IMG/VR virus record: IMGVR_UViG_3300044836_000026
Location: 1 to 56,043 of that record
Strand: one strand, 5' to 3'
Source: a virus
Lineage: Duplodnaviria > Caudoviricetes
DNA: 56,043 nucleotides
Shown here piece after piece: positions 38,886 to 47,952 of this stretch (its first letter is position 1; every line of letters starts with the position of its first letter). The notes under the pieces are model-generated. The model worked only from the letters and a program-made list of their open reading frames with translations, did no database searches and was not told where the DNA came from. The position numbers were made by a program, and so were the translations under genes.

Positions 38886-39002
38886 TATATTTGTAATGAA
38901 AACTTCTGTTCAAAATTTGATTTTGCCCGCTCTCGGAGTAGGTGCTTTAGATTTCCTGAACAGAAGTTTACAAAAAGCACAAACAAAAAGAGCGGGTTTT
39001 TT
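38886..39002 (+). promoter_or_regulatory. promoter plus structured leader (box/anti-box element 1)
   Basis: TATATTTG; AAACTTCTGTTCA (38900) versus TGAACAGAAGTTT (38957); stem and T-run. Confidence 0.7.
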
Positions 39003-39881
39003 ATGTCATTCCTTAAAACCAGAGAAGAGTTTTTTCAAGGTGTAACGGGATTTTATGAGGGCATTAGCTTTGATGAATACAAATCATTGAAAGCGATAAA
39101 TGCAAGTGCATTAAAAGAAATGCCGTACAGCCCCCTACATTGCCACTATGCCTTCACCGTTGGGCGAGAGGATACAGACGCGCTTTCCCTCGGTAGAACA
39201 TCCCATATAGCCTTATTCGAGCCGGATCGGTTCAGTAAGATGCTCGTAATGCCAGAGTTTACAGGGAAGACTCAGGACGGAAAAGAATCCTCACGATCAA
39301 AAGAGGCGAAGGAGAAAAAAGACACTTGGTTAAAAGAACATGAAGGGTGCGAATTTGTAGAACAGGGCGAATACGACACGGCAAAGATACTGGCAGAGTC
39401 GGTAATGAAACATCCCGGAGCTAAGAAACTCATTGAAAAGAAATCCTATAATGAGTTAACAGGTGTATGGACTGACCTAACTACCGGGTTACTCTGTAAG
39501 CTCCGCATGGATAGGTTTATCATGTTGGATTCTATCCCTACTATCATTGACGCGAAAACATTTTCCGATAGAGTTATTCCTGAAAATGTGAACCGTGAAA
39601 TCTATAGGCGTAAATATTACTTTTCTAAGGGTTGGTATTTGCGCGGCATTAATGAGATTTTAGGAGACAAGAAAGAAGCGCAATCCATTCTTATTTTCAT
39701 AGAGACACAACCGCCCCACGGTGTTCTACCTTACAGGTTAGATGAATGGTGGATTGAAAATGCGAACAAAGAAATTCAGTCATCATTAAAGAAATTCAAA
39801 GAGTGTCAGGATAAGGGGGAGTGGCCGGGATACTCTCAGGAAATGATTTTATCACAACCGCAGAATTGGATGTTTCAATAA
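39003..39881 (+). CDS. PD-(D/E)XK exonuclease (RecE/DUF3799-like)
   Basis: INASALK, LSLGR.SH..LFEP, CKLRMD, IIDAKT; ATG 39003 preferred. Confidence 0.88.
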   Translation: MSFLKTREEFFQGVTGFYEGISFDEYKSLKAINASALKEMPYSPLHCHYAFTVGREDTDALSLGRTSHIALFEPDRFSKMLVMPEFTGKTQDGKESSRSKEAKEKKDTWLKEHEGCEFVEQGEYDTAKILAESVMKHPGAKKLIEKKSYNELTGVWTDLTTGLLCKLRMDRFIMLDSIPTIIDAKTFSDRVIPENVNREIYRRKYYFSKGWYLRGINEILGDKKEAQSILIFIETQPPHGVLPYRLDEWWIENANKEIQSSLKKFKECQDKGEWPGYSQEMILSQPQNWMFQ

Positions 39882-39888
39882 AATAAAT

Positions 39889-40584
39889 ATGTCAAACGAA
39901 CTTAGAAAAATACCTAAATTAGAAGAGCTATACGCGGACGTTGACACTCAAAGAAACGTCTCAGAGCTTGCAATACTTTTGAATCAACCGCCGAAAGAAG
40001 ACTGGCTGAAGGAACATCCGTATGCGAAAACAGAACTGCCGGACGGTAGAAAGGTAAAGGCAAAATTTATTCCTATAGCTCGTTTAGAGTTCTTAATGAC
40101 GTACATATTTTCAGATTGGTATGTCGAAATTAAGGAAACAAAACTTTTAGCAAACTCTTTAGTAGTCACGGTTCGCGTTCACTATAAGCGACCGTTCATT
40201 CCTTCGGATGCTGACGAATGGCGATGGACAGACGGGGTTGGGGCAGTTCCTATTCAAATCAAAGCGGACACCGGTGGAGCTATTGATTTTCAGAATATGA
40301 ATTCCACGGCTGTACAGATCGGATTACCCGCCGCCGAGTCTTATGCCTTTAAGGACGCCGTTGAGAAGTTGGGGAAGATTTTCGGTAAAGACCTTAACAG
40401 AAAAGACATTTTAGATTACTCTTACATCTTAGGTGCTAAAGATGAGGATAGATTTAAGAATGTTCCAATAGGCGACGTTACGGCCCCGCTACTTGGTGAA
40501 GGAAATCAGACACCGATTCCACAATCAAAACAGGACGTTGGAATGCCTGAATTTCTACAGGAAGGATTTAAGGGTAAAGACTAA
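39889..40584 (+). CDS. single-strand annealing protein (Rad52/Sak-like)
   Basis: Follows exonuclease; VVTVRV, DGVGA, AES.AFKDA..KLG.IFG.DL. Confidence 0.7.
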   Translation: MSNELRKIPKLEELYADVDTQRNVSELAILLNQPPKEDWLKEHPYAKTELPDGRKVKAKFIPIARLEFLMTYIFSDWYVEIKETKLLANSLVVTVRVHYKRPFIPSDADEWRWTDGVGAVPIQIKADTGGAIDFQNMNSTAVQIGLPAAESYAFKDAVEKLGKIFGKDLNRKDILDYSYILGAKDEDRFKNVPIGDVTAPLLGEGNQTPIPQSKQDVGMPEFLQEGFKGKD

Positions 40585-40889
40585 TGGCAGACAACAAAAA
40601 GATATTCGTCGGGAGTGGTTGGGTTCAACACCCACAATGGCTAAAGGCAAGTATCACAGAAAGAGGATTGCACGAACTACTAAATAATTTAGAGGGTAGT
40701 GGAGGAAAGAGATATGCGAAGATAAATATAAACATTCTACATGAGAAAAACCAATTTGGTAAGGATGTAGAGATTTCACGCGACACATGGAAGAAGGATG
40801 CTAACTATTCGGGTTCCAAACCAAAACTGAATGAGCCGATAGATGCTGATTATATAGAGTCAATTCCAAATTCAGAAATCCCCTTCTAA
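40584..40889 (+). CDS. putative single-stranded DNA-binding protein
   Basis: Acidic tail ending in EIPF; third gene of the recombination module. Confidence 0.6.
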   Translation: MADNKKIFVGSGWVQHPQWLKASITERGLHELLNNLEGSGGKRYAKININILHEKNQFGKDVEISRDTWKKDANYSGSKPKLNEPIDADYIESIPNSEIPF

Positions 40890-40892
40890 CCC

Positions 40893-41126
40893 ATGACACA
40901 AAACGAGTCAATCCTAAAACATCTTCAATCCGGGAAGGAGATAACGGCACTTGAAGCACTTTCACTCTATGGCTGTTTTCGTTTAGCGTCCAGAATAAAC
41001 CAGTTAAAGGCAAACGACAACCCTCACAATATACAGAGCCGAACGATTGATTTAAGTAACGGTAAGAAGGTGTCGCAGTATTTCATACCAGTAGTAGAAC
41101 CAGAACAGAAATCAATATTTGATTAA
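40893..41126 (+). CDS. winged-HTH protein (HTH_39-like)
   Basis: TQNESILKHL..G.EIT.LEA..YGCFRLASRI..L. Confidence 0.85.
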   Translation: MTQNESILKHLQSGKEITALEALSLYGCFRLASRINQLKANDNPHNIQSRTIDLSNGKKVSQYFIPVVEPEQKSIFD

Positions 41127-41129
41127 ATT

Positions 41130-41489
41130 ATGAACACCAGTAGGATAGAGGTTCATTTTCCGAAGTTAACAGATGAACAGTCCGGGATGCTAAACCCGCT
41201 TATTAATTATTTCAAAAAGATACATCCCGACTGCCTTTTATTGGTTTACGAAGACCATCCCGGAGAATCGGATTTCTCTGTAAATATGACTCACATAAAT
41301 TTTGATTTTGACTCTGCAATTTTTCAGGCTGTTTTAGATTGCGACATAGAAGAATTCATCACTAATACGATAAGAATTAAAGAGATCGAAGAAGAAATTT
41401 CAGAGATAGAGGGCGAAATAGATTCACTGCAAACCGACATGTGTAATTTAGAGAGAGAAAAGTATAATCTTTTACGAAATAAACGATAA
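41130..41489 (+). CDS. hypothetical protein
   Basis: C-terminal acidic coiled coil. Confidence 0.6.
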   Translation: MNTSRIEVHFPKLTDEQSGMLNPLINYFKKIHPDCLLLVYEDHPGESDFSVNMTHINFDFDSAIFQAVLDCDIEEFITNTIRIKEIEEEISEIEGEIDSLQTDMCNLEREKYNLLRNKR

Positions 41490-42613
41490 TGAAAATAACA
41501 ATACAAGCATCCGATTTCCAACAGGCTATTCAGAAAGCCTATTCCGTTGTCCCTTCAAGAACACCGATGGCTCTTTTGGAGAGCATAGAATTGAAAATCA
41601 GCGACGGGATTTTTACTGTCCGTTCAACCGATTTAGAGATACAGTTCGCATCCGAGGTATACGCAGTTACCAAAGCAAAAAAAGAATCCGCCTGTATCAC
41701 AATACCGGGTGAGAAGTTTTCCGGGCTTGTTGCATCCATTGACCCTGAGGAAGAGATAGTTCTGGACTTAACAGAAAAAGGATTATCGCTTAAAACTTCA
41801 AAAGCAAAATACAATTTCACTGCACCAGATGGCGGTGAGTTGCCGAACTTAGCAAAGGAATTTAAGAGTGAGGAGTCTTTCAAGATAGGTGCATCACTAT
41901 TAAAGGCACTAATTCAAAGTACCCTCTATGCGGCAATCACGAACAAGGAAGAGAAATCCTTTAACGCGGCAATGGCCGGAATCAATATAAAGGCTAAAGG
42001 CGGTACAGTTATTTTTTGCGGCACGACAGGAAAGATACTTTCCAAGTCAACCTTAGAAATAGAAAACGGTTCTGAGTTTGACATCGTTATTCCGGCCAAA
42101 CTTGCAAACCTTATATTGAAATCATTCAACGATGAGGAGTTGACTGTTTCTTTTGGAGCCGGACAAATTCAGATAAGCAATGAAATGATTTCTATTCATT
42201 CTCGGTTGATAGACGAACAATATCCCAACTATCAGGCAATCATAGACGGGCTGAACAATACAAAAATCCTAACCTGTAAAAGAACGGATTTATTAAGTGC
42301 TCTGAAACGTATCGGTATTTTTAGCGACTTTGAAACGAAAGCGGTAACGATCAATCTGAAAAAAAATCTCATGTCTTTGGAGATTGCAGACAGCGAAACA
42401 GGCTCCGACGGATTAGAGAATATTGAATCGGTATATGAAGATCAGGATTTTACATTCATCATTAATGCAAATTATCTTCTTGCAGACGTTTCTCACATTG
42501 ACTCGGAACGCATTAAAATGTCGTTCGGAGAAGAGAAAAAACCCGTCACGATTGAACCCTTAGAGCAGGGAACGATTAATTTCTTTACACTTGCAATGCC
42601 ACGAAATAAATGA
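41489..42613 (+). CDS. dnaN: DNA polymerase III beta sliding clamp
   Basis: 374 aa; STDLEI, SRLIDEQYPNY, NANYL, LAMPR motifs. Confidence 0.93.
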   Translation: MKITIQASDFQQAIQKAYSVVPSRTPMALLESIELKISDGIFTVRSTDLEIQFASEVYAVTKAKKESACITIPGEKFSGLVASIDPEEEIVLDLTEKGLSLKTSKAKYNFTAPDGGELPNLAKEFKSEESFKIGASLLKALIQSTLYAAITNKEEKSFNAAMAGINIKAKGGTVIFCGTTGKILSKSTLEIENGSEFDIVIPAKLANLILKSFNDEELTVSFGAGQIQISNEMISIHSRLIDEQYPNYQAIIDGLNNTKILTCKRTDLLSALKRIGIFSDFETKAVTINLKKNLMSLEIADSETGSDGLENIESVYEDQDFTFIINANYLLADVSHIDSERIKMSFGEEKKPVTIEPLEQGTINFFTLAMPRNK

Positions 42614-43911
42614 GCCTAACGGATTATGCAGAGTTCATCTTTCGCAAAGAAAAAGAACTCAAAGGAGAAGGGTTAAAGCCTATTAACATAAACAGCAAGC
42701 TATGGCCGTCACAAGCATATGGCGTTGAATTAGCCCTATGGAATTTGCGATATGCAAACTTTTTTGATACTGGTATGGGGAAGACTGGAGTGTTTTTGGA
42801 ATATGCTAAACAAGTCACTTCGCAAAAGAACATTGCGGCATTAATCCTTACTCCTTTAGCGGTATCCAAGCAAACTATTGAACAGGGTGAGAACTTCGGA
42901 ATAGAAGTCAACCGATTGGGTAAGAGTGTTTCAAAAGGTGGAATCTATGTAACGAATTACGATCAAATAGATAATATTGATACGCGACTTTTTGACTGTA
43001 TCATTTTAGACGAAAGCTCTTGCCTGAAAAATCACACATCGAAAACAAAACAAAAACTAACAGAAGCCTTTTCAAACACGACTTATAAACTTTGCTGTAC
43101 TGCAACCCCATCACCGAATGACCCTATGGAAATAGGTAATCACTCTGAATTCTTGAATGTACTGAGTAGGAATGAAATGCTTGCGATGTATTTTGTTCAT
43201 GACGGCGGAGAAACTGCGAAATGGAGATTAAAAAAGCATGGTGTGAATGCTTTCTATAGATGGATGTCTTCATATAGTCTTCTGGCAACGAAACCGAGCG
43301 ACTTAGGATTTTCAGATGGAGGTTTCCATTTAACAAAATTAAATCTTACAGAGCATAAGATAAAAACAGAGAACAAAGGGGATTCACTGTTTAATGAAAT
43401 GGCTGTTAACGCGGTAGAGTTTAATCGCACTCTTATGGAGACTATGAAAGAGCGTATGGAAACCACATGTCAACTTCTTACACCTGATGCTACCGTAATA
43501 TGGGTAAAGCAAAACGAAGAGGCAGATTATCTGAAAAAACTCCTACCTCACGCGGTAGAAGTAAGGGGCAGTCAGAGTACTGAAGAGAAAGAAGAAAAAC
43601 TTCTTGGTTTCGCTCATGGATATTTTCCGTTAATGATTACGAAAGATCGCATTGCAATGTTTGGATTAAATTATCAGAACTGCCACAATACGATTTTACC
43701 ATCCCCTGATTTTAGCTACGAGGCAATTTACCAAATTATACGAAGATTCTATAGGTACGGACAAAAGTTTGATGTTAATGCTAAAATTTTAGCCACCGAT
43801 AGAATGCAAAATGTTATTGAATCATACAAAAGAAAAGAATCACAATGGCAAGAAATGAAAAAACAAATGGTGCGATTGCAGACTATCGCAATGGAGACTG
43901 TATCGAATTAA
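42610..43911 (+). CDS. SF2 (SNF2-like) helicase/ATPase
   Basis: DTGMGKT, ILDESS, TATPSPN, FGLNYQ, YQ.IRR.YRYGQ. Confidence 0.9.
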   Translation: MSLTDYAEFIFRKEKELKGEGLKPININSKLWPSQAYGVELALWNLRYANFFDTGMGKTGVFLEYAKQVTSQKNIAALILTPLAVSKQTIEQGENFGIEVNRLGKSVSKGGIYVTNYDQIDNIDTRLFDCIILDESSCLKNHTSKTKQKLTEAFSNTTYKLCCTATPSPNDPMEIGNHSEFLNVLSRNEMLAMYFVHDGGETAKWRLKKHGVNAFYRWMSSYSLLATKPSDLGFSDGGFHLTKLNLTEHKIKTENKGDSLFNEMAVNAVEFNRTLMETMKERMETTCQLLTPDATVIWVKQNEEADYLKKLLPHAVEVRGSQSTEEKEEKLLGFAHGYFPLMITKDRIAMFGLNYQNCHNTILPSPDFSYEAIYQIIRRFYRYGQKFDVNAKILATDRMQNVIESYKRKESQWQEMKKQMVRLQTIAMETVSN

Positions 43912-44723
43912 TTCAGACACTGCCGGATAATAGCATGGATTTATCGGTGTTCTCTCCGCCGTTTGCTGACCTGTATGTTTATTCCGACAACCCCAGAGAT
44001 ATGGGAAATAGCAGGGATTATAAGGAATTTTTCCAACATTTCTCTTTTCTTATTCCTGAATTGCTTCGCGTTATTAAGCCGGGTAGAGAGGTGTGTGTGC
44101 ATTGCATGTATCTTCCGATATTAAAAGGCAAAGAGGGGTATGTTGGTGTAAGAGATTTTCCCGGTATGCTTATCCGGGCTTTTGAGGACGGTGGTTTTAT
44201 TCTACATTCGCCGCCGATCACGGTGTGGAAAAATCCTGTTACTGAAATGCAGAGAACAAAATCATTACGGCTACTTCACAAGCAGTTGAAAAAAGACTCC
44301 ACGATGTCAGGGATAGGTTGCGCAGATCATATACTTATATTCAGGAAGCCCGGTGACAACGAAGTACCTGTTCAAAACACAAGTGTTCCTGTTGAATTGT
44401 GGCAGAAAATCGCATCCCCTGTTTGGGGTGAGGGTCTTATTGACTTTGGCAATACTTTGAATTATAGGGCGGCGCGTGATAATAACGATGAACGTCACAT
44501 AGCACCATTATCACTGGATATTATAAAATATCTTGTATTGCTTTATTCAAATAAAGGTGAAACTGTATTTTCTCCTTTTGCCGGAATTGCGAGCGAAGGA
44601 TACCAGTCCATTTTGATGGGACGTAACTTTACAGGTTTTGAAATTAAAAAATCATACTTCGATCAGGGAGAGAAAAACTTGCAGTCTGCAAAGGAAAAAT
44701 TAAAACAGGAGAATATGTTTTAA
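43845..44723 (+). CDS. DNA methyltransferase (N4-C/N6-A, beta class)
   Basis: GDC.ELI, catalytic SPPF, then SAM-binding FSPFAGIAS. Confidence 0.92.
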   Translation: MARNEKTNGAIADYRNGDCIELIQTLPDNSMDLSVFSPPFADLYVYSDNPRDMGNSRDYKEFFQHFSFLIPELLRVIKPGREVCVHCMYLPILKGKEGYVGVRDFPGMLIRAFEDGGFILHSPPITVWKNPVTEMQRTKSLRLLHKQLKKDSTMSGIGCADHILIFRKPGDNEVPVQNTSVPVELWQKIASPVWGEGLIDFGNTLNYRAARDNNDERHIAPLSLDIIKYLVLLYSNKGETVFSPFAGIASEGYQSILMGRNFTGFEIKKSYFDQGEKNLQSAKEKLKQENMF

Positions 44724-45577
44724 TGACTTCACCAATCCTAACTCTACAGTCCCATATCAACACCCTCAACTTAGAGAAATCTCAGTTGGAATATGAGTTG
44801 CTACATGAGGATGTTCCCCAGAACATCCGGCAATTCCGGCAGGGCATAGAGGATTTGGAGCGAGAGATTTCAGATCATAAACGTGCGATTAAAATACTTG
44901 AAGAAAAATGCTAACCACAGAAGATTACGAACTCATTAGCGAAGCACTGGCAGAGTACGAAGAGTCGCTAAAACGTGAGAACGAATACAAGGAAGAGCGA
45001 AGAGCGACATTTCTTGCTATGACTGATATGTTTATATCTAAACTACCGGAAGACATTCAACAGGAAGCACACGAATCCCGCGTTGAGTTGAACCCGGATA
45101 GTTCGGCGGTGATTGAAAAACCTCAAAAAGTATTGCGTCTCAGGGTTAAAATTCTTGACCTTAAGGAACAATCGTTATTAGAGCAGTTGAAGAATTGATT
45201 CGCTAACAGAAAGTCGCCCTTATCACAAAGAGGGATAACTCTCACCGGGGCGGCTGATTTATTTTCATAAAACCGACATGGATAAGAAATTAGGATACGG
45301 TCAAAAACAGATGCCCTTACCGGAGCGGGAATTCTACCCCGGCGATCAGGTGCTTATCTACATAAACAAGCCCGACAGTATCGCTCCTTTGACCCGTGAG
45401 GGTATTTACGAGGGTTGGTCTACATGGGAGGGCACTATCTATCTTGTGCTCCGTAATGGGGACGCATACCGCCTCATTCCGCATTCCATGTTAACCAGGC
45501 AGAGCGTGGCGCGTTTGGGTGGTGTTGCACCTTCGGCTACGTATGAACTTGGAAATAAGCAGAGAAAAAATAAATAA
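44723..45577 (+). other. three small hypothetical genes (44723-44914, 44908-45198, 45278-45577)
   Basis: Tandem ORFs. Confidence 0.6.
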
Positions 45578-45614
45578 TGAAAGGTATTTTCAATAGAATG
45601 AAAGATTTATAACG

Positions 45615-45774
45615 TATATTTGCAATTAGTTCATTTAAGTTAAAAAGTCTACTGGCCATGACAAACGATTTTTCAATCGCTTATTTCTTTCGGGGTGGGT
45701 TTCTATGCCAGTAGACTTTACCCTAACAATGACGCTAATACGTTATTGAACCCGAAGGAAGTAAGCGATTTTTT
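45615..45774 (+). promoter_or_regulatory. promoter plus structured leader (box/anti-box element 2)
   Basis: TATATTTG; AAAGTCTACTGGC (45644) versus GCCAGTAGACTTT (45707); 20-bp stem with G-U pairs; T-run. Confidence 0.75.
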
Positions 45775-45784
45775 ATTTTACGAA

Positions 45785-46003
45785 ATGGAAAATTCACCAC
45801 AAAAACTTAGCATGACTAAGGCAGAAAGAGTATTAAGAAAATTCTTTTCTGAAAAAGGCATAACAAAAAAACTTAGTGTTGTTAACTACAATGACTCATG
45901 GGCTGTAAACGGTATTGATGTTCATGACGAGGAAGTTAAGAGGGCATTAGAGCGTCGCAGAAATAATTTTTTACGTAGGGGGATACTCACAGAAATAGTA
46001 TAA
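45785..46003 (+). CDS. small hypothetical protein
   Basis: ATG 45785 right after the leader. Confidence 0.6.
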   Translation: MENSPQKLSMTKAERVLRKFFSEKGITKKLSVVNYNDSWAVNGIDVHDEEVKRALERRRNNFLRRGILTEIV

Positions 46004-46018
46004 ATACATACCTCCCTA

Positions 46019-46873
46019 ATGGCAACTTACAGACAGCTACACACTAAAATCTGGGACGATAAAAAATTCAAAGAACTTTCTGCTTTGTCTCAGCATTTAT
46101 TTATTTATCTATTTACTAATTCACACCGCAATGAAGCATGTCTTTACGAAATAACTATAGCCACGATTAGCTATGAATCAAAACTAACTACCGAGCAGGT
46201 TCATTCTTGTTTTGAAGAATTGGAGTCTCAAAAAATGGCTTTTTACGACCATGACTGGGGTCTAACATTGGTACCACATGCTATTCTATACCAGTCTCCA
46301 AACAACAGGGTAAAGAGCACGGTTATACAACACTGTAACACAACCCGGTCAAATAAATTAAGGGCTGAATTTTTAAGAATTCATCAAAAAGAAGATTGGT
46401 ACTTATCCTTTATAAAACAACAAGATACGGTTTTTTTAATAGGGTTAGATAATAGGGTTAGTGAACAGTGTAGCGATACAGGGTTACATAGCCCTGTCAG
46501 TAACAATATCAATATCAATAACTCTAACTCTGAATTTATTTCTTTGAAAGGGGGAGCGGGGGAAAACTTTCTTTCAGAGCAAATTCAACCGAACGGGGAA
46601 GTTAAAAAAACAGATCCTACTTTGGAAGAATGTATTTTGTATTTTGAGATACATGGTTTCCGAGAGCCTAAAAAACAAGGCGAATTATTTTATAATCATT
46701 ATTTCCCTTTTGAACGGGATGATGGAAGACCATTACAGGATGGTAAATGGAAAAAACTTGCTAACTCATGGAATTTAAGAGCACCTGAATTTGAAAAGAA
46801 AACAAATGGAAAATCAAACGGAAAATATACAAATCGAGCAGTCACAACAGAGCAACACAACTCAGGATGGTGA
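46019..46873 (+). CDS. replication initiator (replisome organiser-type)
   Basis: YRQLHTKIWDD.KF..LS..LFIYL.TN N-terminus; NININ linker; PTLEE C-terminal domain; upstream of DnaC-like gene. Confidence 0.8.
   Translation: MATYRQLHTKIWDDKKFKELSALSQHLFIYLFTNSHRNEACLYEITIATISYESKLTTEQVHSCFEELESQKMAFYDHDWGLTLVPHAILYQSPNNRVKSTVIQHCNTTRSNKLRAEFLRIHQKEDWYLSFIKQQDTVFLIGLDNRVSEQCSDTGLHSPVSNNININNSNSEFISLKGGAGENFLSEQIQPNGEVKKTDPTLEECILYFEIHGFREPKKQGELFYNHYFPFERDDGRPLQDGKWKKLANSWNLRAPEFEKKTNGKSNGKYTNRAVTTEQHNSGW
46438..46550. repeat. putative replication origin (iterons plus AT-rich tract)
   Basis: AGGGTTA at 46441, 46454, 46480 (13-bp phase), inverted copy at 46489, AT-rich run after. Confidence 0.6.
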
Positions 46874-47597
46874 GCCTAAGAAAGTGGCTGATGTTCTTTC
46901 AAGATTAAATTTTACTTCTAAGCCTATAGAGTATAAATATAACTGCCTTAGATGTGGGGAAGAAAAAATAAGATTAAGAACAGAAAAATTCATCGGTGGA
47001 GATTTACCTGTAGCTATGCGTACTTGTGATGAATGTGTTAAAATAACCTTAGAAGAAAAAGAAACCCAAAGGAGAATAAGTTCATGGGTTCATATATGTC
47101 CGCCGCTGTATCAAAATACAAATAGAGATAAACTGCCTGATGAACAGGCAAAAAAGTCATACGATATAATTCAGAATTATAAATTTTCTGAAAAAGGGTT
47201 AGTTGTTCACGGTATAACAAGGCGTGGAAAAACACGCGCTGTTTGGGATAGAATTAAGAATGGGTATTTCAATACTGGAATATCTGCTAAATATTGTTTA
47301 GGGAGTATGTTTTCCATAATGATTGCGGAAAGTTTTGAAGAGCATCAAACTTCAAGATTAATAAAAGAATTTAGCGATACACCTATTTTATTCTTTGACG
47401 ATATAGGGCAAATGATTTTTACAGAAAGAGTACAGGAATGTTTATTCACTATTTTGGAAATGCGATGTGCTTATCTACGACCTACAATTTTTACAATGAA
47501 TGATATAGGTGAAACTTTGAAAGATAAATTTTCAGGTAATCGCGGGGAGGCTTTTGTTGGGAGACTGAAAGAGTTTTGCGAAATCGTAAAATTTTAA
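46806..47597 (+). CDS. DnaC/IstB-like ATPase (helicase loader)
   Basis: CLRC..CDEC, Walker A GITRRGKT, Walker B LFFDDIG, PTIFT.N, GRL.E. Confidence 0.88.
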   Translation: MENQTENIQIEQSQQSNTTQDGEPKKVADVLSRLNFTSKPIEYKYNCLRCGEEKIRLRTEKFIGGDLPVAMRTCDECVKITLEEKETQRRISSWVHICPPLYQNTNRDKLPDEQAKKSYDIIQNYKFSEKGLVVHGITRRGKTRAVWDRIKNGYFNTGISAKYCLGSMFSIMIAESFEEHQTSRLIKEFSDTPILFFDDIGQMIFTERVQECLFTILEMRCAYLRPTIFTMNDIGETLKDKFSGNRGEAFVGRLKEFCEIVKF

Positions 47598-47613
47598 ATT
47601 TATTATCCCCAGA

Positions 47614-47952
47614 ATGACTCACAAACAAATCATAGCCAAAGCCATTGAAATAGCCTGTATGCTTTTCGGTTTGAAGCAAGAAGACGTGGTAGGGCAGAGC
47701 AGGCTCCGCAATATATCAAATTGCAGGGCTTGTATTTATTACGCCGTTCGCCTCTCATACACTGGCATCCGTTTTTGGGAAATAGCAGAGTTCATTCCCC
47801 GCGATCACGGTACAATGATTAATGGGATAAACCTCATTCTCGGAATGCAAAAGGCGAACCCCAAATATCTAAACGCCAAAGATGTTATGCTTATCGCAAA
47901 CGCACAGGCCACCACCGAACTTTTAAGAAAATTCATAGAAACCAATCCATGA
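47614..47952 (+). CDS. stand-alone DnaA domain IV-like HTH protein
   Basis: DVVGQSRLRNI..CR, IA....RDHGTMI.G. Confidence 0.75.
   Translation: MTHKQIIAKAIEIACMLFGLKQEDVVGQSRLRNISNCRACIYYAVRLSYTGIRFWEIAEFIPRDHGTMINGINLILGMQKANPKYLNAKDVMLIANAQATTELLRKFIETNP

Noticed and set aside
38865-39002. N-terminal extensions given by the ORF track (also 45695, 35857, 19917, 27080, 18535)
   Set aside because: They run across promoter motifs or structured leaders; downstream ATGs fit better
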